A DNA stretch of 63,955 bases, the filler included, from Bacteroidales bacterium (GTDB lineage Bacteria > Bacteroidota > Bacteroidia > Bacteroidales > CAIWKO01): assembly GCA_035389045.1 (NCBI GenBank). It is 7 parts of 7 records of this genome, joined end to end, with 100 filler letters (N's around TTAATTAATTAA, not from the genome) between each part and the next. Parts side by side here need not be neighbours in the genome. Positions count along the whole stretch, not along the records: positions 21,939 to 31,069 come from DAOORA010000103.1; positions 31,170 to 40,262 come from DAOORA010000104.1; 5 more parts are not named here. One strand, written 5' to 3'. Under the pieces are notes generated by a model. That model ran no database searches. It was not told where the DNA came from and saw only the letters and a list, made by a program, of their open reading frames with translations. Shown piece by piece: positions 28,804 to 39,146 of this stretch (positions are counted from its first letter, which is position 1; the number at the start of each line of letters is the position of its first letter). A program made the translations under genes and the position numbers.

Positions 28804-30297
28804 TTAACATGAAAATAAAGACTCATATAATTTGTGTTTCTCGTTATAAACAATTGTGGCTTTTTCTATTTTTGCAGATAATTCCCTATGATGCATTTCT
28901 CTGCTGTTTTTAGAATCAAGTATCCTTAATACTACCTTTACCATTTCATCTGATTCCGCCGCTTCGATTTCTTTAGATAACTCATCAGCACGGTATACAA
29001 GGGATTTATTGGCAGTAATAAGATACTGTAACTGTTCGGCTATGTCTTTCCCCTGAAAAATATCATTCTTTATCTCAACCCCGGCTGATTCAAAAATTTT
29101 TAAAGCTCTGGCCTTGATGTTCAACAAAGAGCCAAGATCACAATAGGCGAAACCAATGCAGCCGGGCCGGTATCTTGTTGTTTTTTTGGCTTCCAGAAAT
29201 TCGATCCACAAACTATGAATTTCTTCTTTCTGGTTTTCTGAAAGTTTAGAAGCATCATTAGCAAACATATCGGGATGAAGAATGAATGAGAGTTCATGGA
29301 TGGCGGTGAGTATGGCCTTCTGGTATTCAATTTCAACATCACGGGCATTTGATGTTGAATCATGATCGATATAGGTTTCAGGAACAAACCTGTTGCAGGC
29401 CTCTATATTATTGACTTGCTGTTCAAACTCCGCCTGTTTTCTTTCAAGAATTGACTTGATTTTTTCCTTAATTTCAGAATCACTCATATCGGTATGGGAT
29501 TGTTTCAGACTTATTTGAATACAAACAACTTCTATGTTAAACTCTATTTCCCTTAATTTTAACAGATCAGTTCCAAAATTTCGATGATAGATGTCAAGAA
29601 TATTGGAATTGTAATTTTTTTTCTGGAGCAGTTTGAATAATAATTTATCAATATGCGTCTGTAATTGAATGAACTTACTTTTCTCCAAAATATAATTTTC
29701 GGCCGTTTTTTTATTATCACATTTTTTTATTTTTAATATCTCTTCTATTTTTTTGTTACTGAATTTCAAATCAACATCTTTGTAAGAATAATAAAACAGT
29801 TTTTCCCGGATCATTTCATCAACTGTCAACGATAAAGTTTCGAAATCCTCCCCTGCAATTTCTGGTAACCGGTATTTTGCAAGCAGATCAAAAAGTGCTT
29901 TCTTGTCAGGAACATATGATACATCCTCGTTTTTCAGGAATTTTGAATTCTTCAATAAAAATTGTAATTCTGCACCTGGGTTTTTTCGGTGTATGAATTG
30001 CTCAAAAGAAGATTTCAGTAGCAGGCAAACCATCTGATAATAGGAAGTTTCTGCCACTATACAGAGTCGTATCAGATCATCATGAGCGATGTAGTAATGG
30101 CTCATACCATTTGACAGACAATCGAGCAAATTATCAAACGACATATTCAGAACAGGTCTCCCGTCCGGAAGAAGAAAGGCCATGGCGGGATCTTCTGCTG
30201 TGAGTGACTGCCCGCTTTTGCCGTTTTTGACAGAAAACTGCTCAATTAATAATGAAAGGTCTTTTGACAGTGAGACCGGGTTGATTGATGCTTCCAT
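28804..30297 (-). CDS. Coiled-coil protein with internal J-domain-like HPD motif
   Basis: AILTAIHELSFILHPD...KEEIHSLWIEFLEA between long coiled coils. Confidence 0.6.
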   Translation of the reverse strand: MEASINPVSLSKDLSLLIEQFSVKNGKSGQSLTAEDPAMAFLLPDGRPVLNMSFDNLLDCLSNGMSHYYIAHDDLIRLCIVAETSYYQMVCLLLKSSFEQFIHRKNPGAELQFLLKNSKFLKNEDVSYVPDKKALFDLLAKYRLPEIAGEDFETLSLTVDEMIREKLFYYSYKDVDLKFSNKKIEEILKIKKCDNKKTAENYILEKSKFIQLQTHIDKLLFKLLQKKNYNSNILDIYHRNFGTDLLKLREIEFNIEVVCIQISLKQSHTDMSDSEIKEKIKSILERKQAEFEQQVNNIEACNRFVPETYIDHDSTSNARDVEIEYQKAILTAIHELSFILHPDMFANDASKLSENQKEEIHSLWIEFLEAKKTTRYRPGCIGFAYCDLGSLLNIKARALKIFESAGVEIKNDIFQGKDIAEQLQYLITANKSLVYRADELSKEIEAAESDEMVKVVLRILDSKNSREMHHRELSAKIEKATIVYNEKHKLYESLFSC

Positions 30298-30850
30298 AAT
30301 TTTAGATTTAAGTGATTATAACAAGTAAAACTTCTATATTCAAAGAAATTCACAAACCATAATATATTTTTTTTAAAAAAATATGTTTCGTACAGTTTTG
30401 GTCATGTATCATATTTTATAGTCTAAAGTTTCGCATGTTTTTTTTTGTCACACAGAGAGTCGTATCAGATCATCATGAGCGATGTAGTAATGGCTCATAC
30501 CATTTGACAGACAATCGAGCAAATTATCAAACGACATATTCAGAACAGGTCTCCCGTCCGGAAGAAGAAAGGCCATGGCGGGATCTTCTGCTGTGAGTGA
30601 CTGCCCGCTTTTGCCGTTTTTGACAGAAAACTGCTCAATTAATAATGAAAGGTCTTTTGACAGTGAGACCGGGTTGATTGATGCTTCCATAATTTTAGAT
30701 TTAAGTGATTATAACAAGTAAAACTTCTATATTCAAAGAAATTCACAAACCATAATATATTTTTTTTAAAAAAATATGTTTCGTACAGTTTTGGTCATGT
30801 ATCATATTTTATAGTCTAAAGTTTCGCATGTTTTTTTTTGTCACACAGAG
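30063..30850. repeat. Exact 393-bp tandem duplication (upstream region + first ~78 codons)
   Basis: ORF starts at 30297 and 30690 with identical sequence; ACAGAG microhomology at both ends and the junction. Confidence 0.92.
30448..30690 (-). pseudogene. Truncated duplicate of the 5' end of 28804-30297
   Basis: Identical MEASINPV...DDLIRL, then stops at the duplication junction. Confidence 0.85.
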
Positions 30851-31069
30851 TTTTCATTTCTAAAACTTGAAAAAATACAAAATGATTATGACATTTGCAA
30901 AAAGTCAGAAATTGGCAGCATACGGCATAGTGATTTAATCCTGTCACAGAGAATTGCTCCGAAGCTAGATTTATGAAATTTGGTGGATGTCTATGTGCAT
31001 ACCCCGCTTGGTAGCTTTAACCCACATTGCAGCTATCCGAACGTATTCTTCTGACAACCAATAGTTTCA

Positions 31070-31169
31070 NNNNNNNNNNNNNNNNNNNNNNNNNNNNNNN
31101 NNNNNNNNNNNNNTTAATTAATTAANNNNNNNNNNNNNNNNNNNNNNNNNNNNNNNNNNNNNNNNNNNN
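31070..31169. other. Artificial contig linker
   Basis: N44-TTAATTAATTAA-N44. Confidence 0.98.
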
Positions 31170-31267
31170 CAAAATCTGCCTCGTTTCGCTAAAAAATCCA
31201 TCATAAATCTTATGTAACATAAAAACAAAACAGTTTCTTACAATTGATGACTTTTAAAAGATTTTCC

Positions 31268-31275
31268 TAAATTTG
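31268..31275 (+). promoter_or_regulatory. Bacteroidota -7 promoter element
   Basis: TAAATTTG (TAnnTTTG) ~30 nt before ATG 31308. Confidence 0.55.
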
Positions 31276-31307
31276 GTGTAACAAACACCTCTTAATTCAG
31301 CCTATCA

Positions 31308-32828
31308 ATGAAAAAAATCCTATTGATTCTCATTTTGGTTTCATACAGTCTGGTAACAAGGTCTCAGACTGTTAATGGTTACATTGTTTCTGATACCGGC
31401 AACCTCACCATAGTGAAGGTTTGGGGCACCCATTATGAGCGAGGTTTTGCTTATGGGTTTTTATGTTCAGCGGGTATCATGTCGATGCTGAATGATTATA
31501 TTTTGCCTCAATTCGGCACGAACCTGTCGCTGGCCAGGATGATACTGCAGCAAGGCACCTCCTGTGTTGTTGATTCTGCATTTTACGATGAAGCGCGGGG
31601 GCTGTTGGCCGGGCTTGACTCTGCCGGGCAGGATGTCAGCTCACTTACTTTCTGGGATGTTATCATCAGCAACTGCCTTCTTGATTTTATGTCGATAGCC
31701 GGGATGAAATCCGGAGAAAGCGGGATGGGCTGTTCCAGCCTGTTAAGCTGGGGATCGGCCACTGCCGGAACCGATCTGGACGGCAAATCGGTGATATCGC
31801 GCCATCTTGACTGGACGCCTGATCCAACGCTGATAAACAATCAGGTGATGGTTATTCATATCCCTTCAGAGGCCTCCGAACAGCCCTGGGCACTGATAGG
31901 CTTTGCAGGGCAGATATCAGCGCTTTCGGGTATTAACAGGCACACAGGCGTGTTCCAGCACATGATGTCCGATTTTTCGGGTAACGGGATGTTGTACAAA
32001 GGATATGAACCCATCTGGTTCTCACTCCGCAAAGCGCTGGAATTAAAGGATTATAATAACGACGGGGTAAACAATACCAGAGATATGTGCGACATCCTGA
32101 GTGCACAAAGCAACGGTTGTTCCGACGGCTACATCATCACCATGCTGGCATCAGCAAACAACACTTCCTCAGGAGATATCGCCATGATAGCAGAAACAGC
32201 ACCGGCAGCACCTTATCTGGTTCTACGCGGAAATGAGTTTCCTGACAGCATCAGCGCCGACAACCTTTATGCGGCAAACTATGAGATAAAACGAAACAAC
32301 CACTATCATTTTTGCCCAAGATACCTGCGTACCACCCATGCTGTTAACACCGGAATAGCTATTGGTTCCCAGCGTAACTGGGAGATACTGCGCGATTCAT
32401 CCAACAGCAGCTCGTCCAACATACAGATGATGCAGTATATTCCGGATGACGGCACACTGAACATTTCCGTGCACAAACACGGCAAACCGGCCTATCGCAA
32501 TGTCCCCGTTACGCTGAATATGAATGACCTTTTTACTCAAAACACCTCCGTTACCCCGGGTCATGCGGATAACAAGGATTTCGACCTTTACCCCAATCCT
32601 GTAATAAGTAATTTATATATAAAAATAAAAAATATTTCCGAAAGTGACTTTAGCATAAAAATATACGATATCAATGGCAGTGAAACCGGGATGGTATTCA
32701 ACAAAAAAGGAAATTCCGGTCAACGGATTTTTCAGGCTGACGCCTCACATCTCTCATCCGGAATTTACACCTGCAGGATAGTTTCTGACCATCTGTCTAT
32801 CACAAAAAAATTTGTAAAAGCCGAATAA
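31308..32828 (+). CDS. C45/AAT-family Ntn-hydrolase with T9SS CTD
   Basis: VWGTHYERGFAYG; autoprocessing G-CSS; ISRHLDW; LYPNP..SGIYTC CTD. Confidence 0.8.
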   Translation: MKKILLILILVSYSLVTRSQTVNGYIVSDTGNLTIVKVWGTHYERGFAYGFLCSAGIMSMLNDYILPQFGTNLSLARMILQQGTSCVVDSAFYDEARGLLAGLDSAGQDVSSLTFWDVIISNCLLDFMSIAGMKSGESGMGCSSLLSWGSATAGTDLDGKSVISRHLDWTPDPTLINNQVMVIHIPSEASEQPWALIGFAGQISALSGINRHTGVFQHMMSDFSGNGMLYKGYEPIWFSLRKALELKDYNNDGVNNTRDMCDILSAQSNGCSDGYIITMLASANNTSSGDIAMIAETAPAAPYLVLRGNEFPDSISADNLYAANYEIKRNNHYHFCPRYLRTTHAVNTGIAIGSQRNWEILRDSSNSSSSNIQMMQYIPDDGTLNISVHKHGKPAYRNVPVTLNMNDLFTQNTSVTPGHADNKDFDLYPNPVISNLYIKIKNISESDFSIKIYDINGSETGMVFNKKGNSGQRIFQADASHLSSGIYTCRIVSDHLSITKKFVKAE

Positions 32829-32904
32829 AAAAGGATGCGTGTTCATGAAAGAGAGAAAGAATAACATAAGTGAAACATATAAACATAAGACCAGAGCAGG
32901 GGAT

Positions 32905-34833
32905 ATGTCCCTTAGAAAAAAATGGCCGGCGGAGATCAGAACCATTTTTTTTCTGCTGATACTTGTTTTTATTCTATACGGCAACACGATACCCAATCAT
33001 TATTCAATGGATGACGAGTTTGTCACCTTTAATAACCCGCTGATCAAAAAAGGTATCAGCGCCGTTCCCGAGATATTTACTACCCATTATGTGAATAACG
33101 CCCGGCAGCATTATGACTACCGTCCTGTTGTCAAATTGAGTTTTGCCCTTGAATACGCCCTTTTCAGGAACAATCCGCATATCAGTCATCTGTTCAATGT
33201 GCTGCTTTATTTTGTGCTGTGTGCAACCCTGTTTCTGGTGCTGAAAAAATTACTTCATAATTATCACCCCTGGCTTGCGTTAATGATTTGCCTGTTATTC
33301 GCAGCACACCCGGTGCATACAGAGGTTGTTGCAAGCCTTAAAAACCGCGATGAACTGCTGAGCATGCTGGGGTGTGTGCTAAGCTGGTACTTCATAATCA
33401 AATACACCGATAAACGGAAATGGCATACACTTACTGCTGCTGTACTCTTTTTTGTACTGGCCTTTTATTCGAAACCAAATGCTATTGTTTATGCTGTTAT
33501 TATACCGCTCAGTCTTTATTTTTTCAAAGAAATGAAGTTATCCAAACTTCTGATATTGGCAGCAATAATGTTGTTGTTTGCAGTGATTTTAAACGTCATA
33601 CCTGCTATGTTTCTTTCGCCGCCCAACAGAGAGGTACTGTATTTTGAGAATCCCCTTTTTTATGAACAAGGACTCTGGTTGCGCCTGGGGACAGCCCTGG
33701 TGGTTGTATTATTTTATATGAAGTTGCTGTTCTTTCCCCATCCTTTATTATTTTATTATGGATATGACATGATCCCGGTTACTACGCCTGCTAATACAGG
33801 CGCTATTATCTCCCTGATACTTTGCACGGGTCTGCTTGTTGTCGCTTTGCGGCTCTTCCGCCGCCGGCATATTATGAGTTTCGGCATATTGGCCTTTTAT
33901 ATCAGCATTTTTATCTTTTCAAATATTTTCATACCCATGCCCGGCATTGTCGCCGAGCGCTTTGCATTTATGGCCTCACTCGGATTTGTAATGGCCGTCA
34001 GTGTGATGATCTTTCTTGTTTTCAGGCTGGATATAAATCATAAGGGCGCATTCATGCTTAAAAAAATTAAATATCCTGCGGTGATTTTTTTATTGATACT
34101 CTTTCTTTACACAGTACAGACCATTGCACGTAATGCAGACTGGAGAGATTTCAGGACGTTGTACAGCCATGATATTGAATATCTTGACCGGTCAGCAAAG
34201 GCCAATGCGCTTTATGCTTCGTTTTTATACAGTGAAATCTATCGCAACAAAGATCCCCAGAAGCAAAGAGCTTTGGCCCTTGAAGCCCAACGGTATTATG
34301 GACAGGCAGTTAACATCTATCCCGGTTATGCCATCGCCTGGAATAACCTGGGCATACTGTACTTCAGGTATCAGCATGATCTTGGAAATGCATCCGGGTG
34401 CTGGAAAAAAGCTGCGGCCTGTGATACTGCTTATGCCGAACCCTGGCTAAACATTGCCACGGCCTATGATGAAATGAATCTTCCCGATTCTGCCGAAAAA
34501 TACTACCTGAAATGTGTGGAAGTCAGGCAGAACTATACGGCGGCATACCAAAAGCTCGCTGAGTTTTATTACCGGCAGGGTGACGTTCCTAAAGCAATTA
34601 TTACAAACAAAAAGATCATGGAAACAGATCCTGCTTCTGATGTACCCTATATCAACATCGGTAATTACAGCCTGCTGGCCGGAGACACGATAAACGCCAT
34701 AGCCCTGTGGGAGACAGCAATAAAGAAATACCCTTACAACCCGGATTTATGCCTGAACCTGGCAAAATATTTCGAACATGCCGGGAACCCTGAAAAAGCT
34801 TCGTACTATCAAAAATTATCGAAGAACAAATAG
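32905..34833 (+). CDS. TMTC-like GT-C glycosyltransferase with TPR repeats
   Basis: YSMDDEF, YRPV, FAAHPVHTEVVA..RDELL, VAERF, RNADW; C-terminal TPRs. Confidence 0.85.
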   Translation: MSLRKKWPAEIRTIFFLLILVFILYGNTIPNHYSMDDEFVTFNNPLIKKGISAVPEIFTTHYVNNARQHYDYRPVVKLSFALEYALFRNNPHISHLFNVLLYFVLCATLFLVLKKLLHNYHPWLALMICLLFAAHPVHTEVVASLKNRDELLSMLGCVLSWYFIIKYTDKRKWHTLTAAVLFFVLAFYSKPNAIVYAVIIPLSLYFFKEMKLSKLLILAAIMLLFAVILNVIPAMFLSPPNREVLYFENPLFYEQGLWLRLGTALVVVLFYMKLLFFPHPLLFYYGYDMIPVTTPANTGAIISLILCTGLLVVALRLFRRRHIMSFGILAFYISIFIFSNIFIPMPGIVAERFAFMASLGFVMAVSVMIFLVFRLDINHKGAFMLKKIKYPAVIFLLILFLYTVQTIARNADWRDFRTLYSHDIEYLDRSAKANALYASFLYSEIYRNKDPQKQRALALEAQRYYGQAVNIYPGYAIAWNNLGILYFRYQHDLGNASGCWKKAAACDTAYAEPWLNIATAYDEMNLPDSAEKYYLKCVEVRQNYTAAYQKLAEFYYRQGDVPKAIITNKKIMETDPASDVPYINIGNYSLLAGDTINAIALWETAIKKYPYNPDLCLNLAKYFEHAGNPEKASYYQKLSKNK

Positions 34834-34868
34834 AGTTTGTCCATAATGTCCGGCTTCATCCCCGTCTG

Positions 34869-34938
34869 ATCCGCCAGTTGGCGGACAGATGGGCAGGGTT
34901 ATTCTTGTTTTGAAAACAGTCATCCGCCAGTTGGCGGA
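34869..34938. repeat. Two REP-like palindromes ATCCGCCAGTTGGCGGA
   Basis: Copies at 34869 and 34922; related forms near 134 and 35616. Confidence 0.7.
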
Positions 34939-35051
34939 CTCCTTGATTTTCAAAACTTCGAAAGCCCGCATGAATGACACAGGCGGGCAGGCCTCGAATT
35001 CGAACATTCTGGTTCAAACTCTGACTTTGTGGACAGACACTAAATATAGAC

Positions 35052-35483
35052 TCAGCGCGGAGCTGACGATTTATGTTTCATTTCATAATTATAGATTCGT
35101 GCGGCATTTATGGAATGGTTCCTGGCGCCCAAATACAAGGGTATGGTAGCTCCAATCATCACCACTCCACCCGCGGCATAATACCATTGAAAATCATCAC
35201 CGGTGAGCCATTTGATCCCGGAATATCCGATCATGACAGCCCCCGCCAGGGTCAGCAATAAGGCAGGCGTAGTATTGCGTTTGGCCATCCTGAATTCATC
35301 AGTGGCATCGGCGTAAGGCTGGCACAGGTCTTCGAGTTTCATAGCTGAAAGATCCTTGCCCTGATAACTGAGGTCGGCAGTCAGCAACCGCCTTTCAATG
35401 GCTATAGTGTCAATAGTAAAAGCCTGGGCATTAACAAGAACCGGGAGTTGTAGCAGGATAATAAATAACAACGGATGTTTCAT
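35052..35483 (-). CDS. Hypothetical membrane protein
   Basis: Signal peptide, two TM segments, C-terminal INAARIYN. Confidence 0.7.
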   Translation of the reverse strand: MKHPLLFIILLQLPVLVNAQAFTIDTIAIERRLLTADLSYQGKDLSAMKLEDLCQPYADATDEFRMAKRNTTPALLLTLAGAVMIGYSGIKWLTGDDFQWYYAAGGVVMIGATIPLYLGARNHSINAARIYNYEMKHKSSAPR

Positions 35484-35671
35484 TTTGAAATGAATTAGGG
35501 TAAGAATACTTAACAAAATTATAAATTATTATTGACCGGACTAAACAAACGGATTTTCTTGGTGGCAAATTGAGTAGTCAAAAACAATGCATAAGCAATA
35601 TTTAGAAACTGTTTTGATCCGCCGCGGCGGATCAAAACAATTTCTTATTATTTTTACCAAAAAAACAGGCC

Positions 35672-36163
35672 ATGAACGGCGATCCGGAAGTATACAAAAC
35701 CCTGCAGAAGCTGAATATTCCGTTTGAGTACCTTGAGCATCCCCCTGCACCAACCATTGAGATAGCAAAACAATACTGGAACGGGCATGATGCACAGCAC
35801 TGTAAAAATCTGTTTTTCCGCAACCATAAAGGCAACAGGCACTACCTGGTGATTTTCGATTGTGATAAAAATCTGGCTATCCACGACATAGAAAAAATGC
35901 TGAAACAAGGCAAACTTACTTTTGCCTCAGAACAGAGGATGCAGCGGTATCTTGGGCTGAACCCCGGCTCTGTATCAGCTTTCGGACTGATACATGATGC
36001 AGATAAGCATGTTTATGTTTTTATTGATACGAATTTGCAGGAAGCAAAAAAAATAAGTTTTCACCCCAATGACAACACAGCTTCGCTGATAATCAGTTTC
36101 CCGGATTTTTTAAGATTTATGGAATGGGCCGGGAACGCTTATGAATTTATTGAACTCTATTAG
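35672..36163 (+). CDS. YbaK/ProX (PrdX)-family aminoacyl-tRNA editing protein
   Basis: EHPPAPT, CKNLFFRN, LTFAS, PGSVSAFGL, FHPNDNTAS. Confidence 0.9.
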   Translation: MNGDPEVYKTLQKLNIPFEYLEHPPAPTIEIAKQYWNGHDAQHCKNLFFRNHKGNRHYLVIFDCDKNLAIHDIEKMLKQGKLTFASEQRMQRYLGLNPGSVSAFGLIHDADKHVYVFIDTNLQEAKKISFHPNDNTASLIISFPDFLRFMEWAGNAYEFIELY

Positions 36164-36304
36164 CATTCGAACTCACTTCGATCATATACCTTTCATCAGA
36201 ACTAACACACTTGTCCTTTTAGAAACCCTGAATCTGAAACAACAAGGTCATACATCACACTGATCCATAGGTATGTCTGTCTGTCAAATAATATCAAATT
36301 ATAT

Positions 36305-36490
36305 ATCGTGCCTACGGCACTTTTTTTTCAGACTGGTATTCATTTCTACCGATATTATATCCCTACCGGGATATTTTAGCATTGCCCTTATCCGGGTGTT
36401 TAACATCAGCTCAAACCTTTGTCCTGTATGGGACCAAGATAGCGGTAAAAGTAATAACCCAACCCGGACTTGTCACGTCAGGGACAATAT
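36305..36490. repeat. Cluster of REP-like short palindromes
   Basis: GTGCCTACGGCAC, ATCCCTACCGGGAT, GTCCTGTATGGGAC, GTCACGTCAGGGAC between convergent genes. Confidence 0.6.
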
Positions 36491-36619
36491 ATCAGATAAT
36501 GGAACAACACGATGCCATGACTTTGTCCCGTCTGAAAAAAGATATCGGAGAGTCACTTACCAACATGATGACTACTTCCTGAAACGGCCGTCATTTCATC
36601 AATACAAGGAGTTGGGGGA

Positions 36620-37507
36620 TTATTCCGTTTGCGGCTTGCTGCGGTTTTTTATAAAAGTGTACAATACTACCGATAAAAGAATAATAGCGGCGCCAATGTA
36701 AAACTCGGTAGTCATATGTTCCGATTCACCAAAAATAAAATAGGCGGCAATGATACCATAGACCGGCTCAAGGTTAATGGCCAGCACTACCTGGTATGCC
36801 GAAAGTTTCTGCATGATCTTGACAGTTGCCGAAAAAGCAAAAGCAGTGCAGACAATACCCAAAATCAAAAGAAAAATAAAGTCGTTCACTGTTGGCATGG
36901 TCACCAAGGCCCATGAGTCGTTGGTGAGCAACAGGTAACCGGTAATAACGACAAATCCCGCCAGCATTTCATAAAAAGTTGTGATCTCAGGTTCATAATG
37001 TAGGGCAATTTTTTTGTTCAGCACACTGAAAAGACTGGCCAGAAATGCGCATATAATAGTCAAAATGATTCCAGTAACGTACCTGGTCTCAAACCGGAAA
37101 ATTATATAAATGCCCAGTATGATGATCAATCCGATGATAACTTCCAGCAGAGAGATTTTTTTGCGGTTTACCAGGGGTTCCAGAAAACTGGTGAATAGCG
37201 TGGTTACAGATAAACATCCGAGCGTGACAGAGACATTCGACACTTTTATGGCCTGAAAAAAACATATCCAGTGCGCCGCTATAATAATGCCAATAAGAAA
37301 CAATTTTAGTACACTTCGTATGGGCAGGCGCACCGGCAGCCGTGCTATAAAAATGAAAAATATCAATGCCAGGAAAGCAATCAGCATTCGATACCAAACC
37401 AGTTCCACGGCAGGCAACTGTATCAATTTGCCCAGTATTGCCGTAAACCCTAATATGATCACCACCAGGTGCAGCAACAGGTTATTTCGCAGCAGGTCTT
37501 TTTTCAT
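36620..37507 (-). CDS. DMT/EamA family transporter
   Basis: ILGFTAILGKLI, LVWYRM, INLEPVYGII; about 10 TM helices. Confidence 0.9.
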   Translation of the reverse strand: MKKDLLRNNLLLHLVVIILGFTAILGKLIQLPAVELVWYRMLIAFLALIFFIFIARLPVRLPIRSVLKLFLIGIIIAAHWICFFQAIKVSNVSVTLGCLSVTTLFTSFLEPLVNRKKISLLEVIIGLIIILGIYIIFRFETRYVTGIILTIICAFLASLFSVLNKKIALHYEPEITTFYEMLAGFVVITGYLLLTNDSWALVTMPTVNDFIFLLILGIVCTAFAFSATVKIMQKLSAYQVVLAINLEPVYGIIAAYFIFGESEHMTTEFYIGAAIILLSVVLYTFIKNRSKPQTE

Positions 37508-37527
37508 TATTGCAAAATTCGTCAAAA

Positions 37528-38205
37528 TCAGGGAAAGTGATAACGTTTTACGCCATCAATAACATCGAATTGAATTTTTAATTCCGAACGGTCAATTATA
37601 TTTTCTATGAACTGAGCAACACCAGATTGATAATCATGTTCTTCGAGATACAGCCACAGCACAGCATTCTCTTTATAAATTTTGTTTGCTGCATCCAGCA
37701 GTTTTTTTCCTTTGTTTTCGAAATGCTGCCGTGTAAGCACATATTGCTGCAACTCCTGATCGTCCTGGTTTTCACAAAGCTCATAACCAAAACTCCGGCT
37801 GTACTTTATGGCCTGATGATTATCTTTTAAGATCCTTATGTAAGTTCTTTCTCCCTGCAGTAAATAGAAACCAATCTCACTTAAAAAAAGTGATGTTAGC
37901 ACAGGTATTTGGGTATTTATGTATTTTTTTTCAGCGATAAACAGTCCCGTTTCTGATGTTTTATGCTCCCAGTCAATATTCTTCTCATTGAACAAACCGA
38001 TCTGTTCATCTTTATAAATAATTATATAATAGAAATTATTAATATTATCTATGGAATGAAACCATTTATTTTGCATATTCTTTGTGATGTACCCGCGAAA
38101 CTGCATCTGGTTTCTGATCTCCTTCGAGTTTCTCCATTGACGTATGGTTTCCATGTCGTCTTTGGTGATCCTTTTCAGGGTGATGCCATACTTAATAAAT
38201 TTCAT
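37528..38205 (-). CDS. GNAT N-acetyltransferase (PseH/RimJ-like)
   Basis: DDMETIRQWRN..ITKNMQNKWF; ILKDNHQAIKY..FGY. Confidence 0.75.
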   Translation of the reverse strand: MKFIKYGITLKRITKDDMETIRQWRNSKEIRNQMQFRGYITKNMQNKWFHSIDNINNFYYIIIYKDEQIGLFNEKNIDWEHKTSETGLFIAEKKYINTQIPVLTSLFLSEIGFYLLQGERTYIRILKDNHQAIKYSRSFGYELCENQDDQELQQYVLTRQHFENKGKKLLDAANKIYKENAVLWLYLEEHDYQSGVAQFIENIIDRSELKIQFDVIDGVKRYHFP

Positions 38206-38214
38206 GAAGAAAAA

Positions 38215-39135
38215 TTAAAGGATTTTCCTTATGGAATACGGAGGCTTCCTGTTCTGCAACATATGTATCCGGTTGATATACTCACCAATGATCCCGATGC
38301 TGAATACTATGATACTTGTGGAAAAAAGTATAGTTACAATTATTGAGGAATAGCCGGCAGGCACATTGTAAAAGAATTTCCTGATCAGGTAATAAATGCC
38401 TAAAATAAAAGTCAGTGCAGAGGAGATTAATCCGCCATATGTCATAATACGTAAAGGTAAAGCCGAATAGTAAAGGATGAGATTGGCCGTGAGTTTAAAG
38501 AGTTTGAATGCGTTATAGCCCGACGTCCCTTCTTGGCGCTTATGATGTTCCACTTGTACGAAATCAATCTGGTCGGTGTACCATAGTAAAAGCTCATCTA
38601 TGAATACAAAATTCTTAACATGTGAAAGAATCTTTTTTGAAAGGTCCATGGTGAAAAGCCTGAATGATGAGCCCTTTCCGGGGTTATCATTAAAGAACTT
38701 TCCCGACTTTTTCAATAATGTGCTTCCAATATTTCTAAAAAAAGAATGATGTTTTTTTTGATAAAAGCCGTATACCAGGTCGGCATCAGTGTTATGATAA
38801 GACGCTATAAGTTTTGTTATTTCTTCGGGAGGCGTTTGCAGATCATCATCAATGGTGATAAGTAGCTCACCCGAAGCATGTTCCAGTCCGCAAAATGTAG
38901 CATTGTGCTGCCCGAAATTTTTCGTCAGCCTGATGATTTTTAAGAATTCGGGGTCTGCCGATTTAATCCTGCACATTACATTCCAGCTATCATCAGCACT
39001 GCCGTCATCCACTAAAATGATCTCATACCCTGAATTCAGCCCCTTCAGCGTATGATGTATCCTCGTGGTCAGTTCTTCCAGCATTTTAGCGCTATTGTAT
39101 ACCGGGACTATCACCGAATATTTCGGGGTGTTCAT
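38215..39135 (-). CDS. GT2 glycosyltransferase, ArnC/DPM-like
   Basis: SVIVPVYN, LVDDGSAD, NFGQHNA, IDDDLQTPPEEI; two C-terminal TMs. Confidence 0.9.
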   Translation of the reverse strand: MNTPKYSVIVPVYNSAKMLEELTTRIHHTLKGLNSGYEIILVDDGSADDSWNVMCRIKSADPEFLKIIRLTKNFGQHNATFCGLEHASGELLITIDDDLQTPPEEITKLIASYHNTDADLVYGFYQKKHHSFFRNIGSTLLKKSGKFFNDNPGKGSSFRLFTMDLSKKILSHVKNFVFIDELLLWYTDQIDFVQVEHHKRQEGTSGYNAFKLFKLTANLILYYSALPLRIMTYGGLISSALTFILGIYYLIRKFFYNVPAGYSSIIVTILFSTSIIVFSIGIIGEYINRIHMLQNRKPPYSIRKIL

Positions 39136-39146
39136 AATTTTCAGAT

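Noticed and set aside
36273..36701. ORFs 36273-36701 and 36382-36582
   Set aside because: They run through a REP-like palindrome cluster with no convincing family motif; a weak winged-helix resemblance was not enough.
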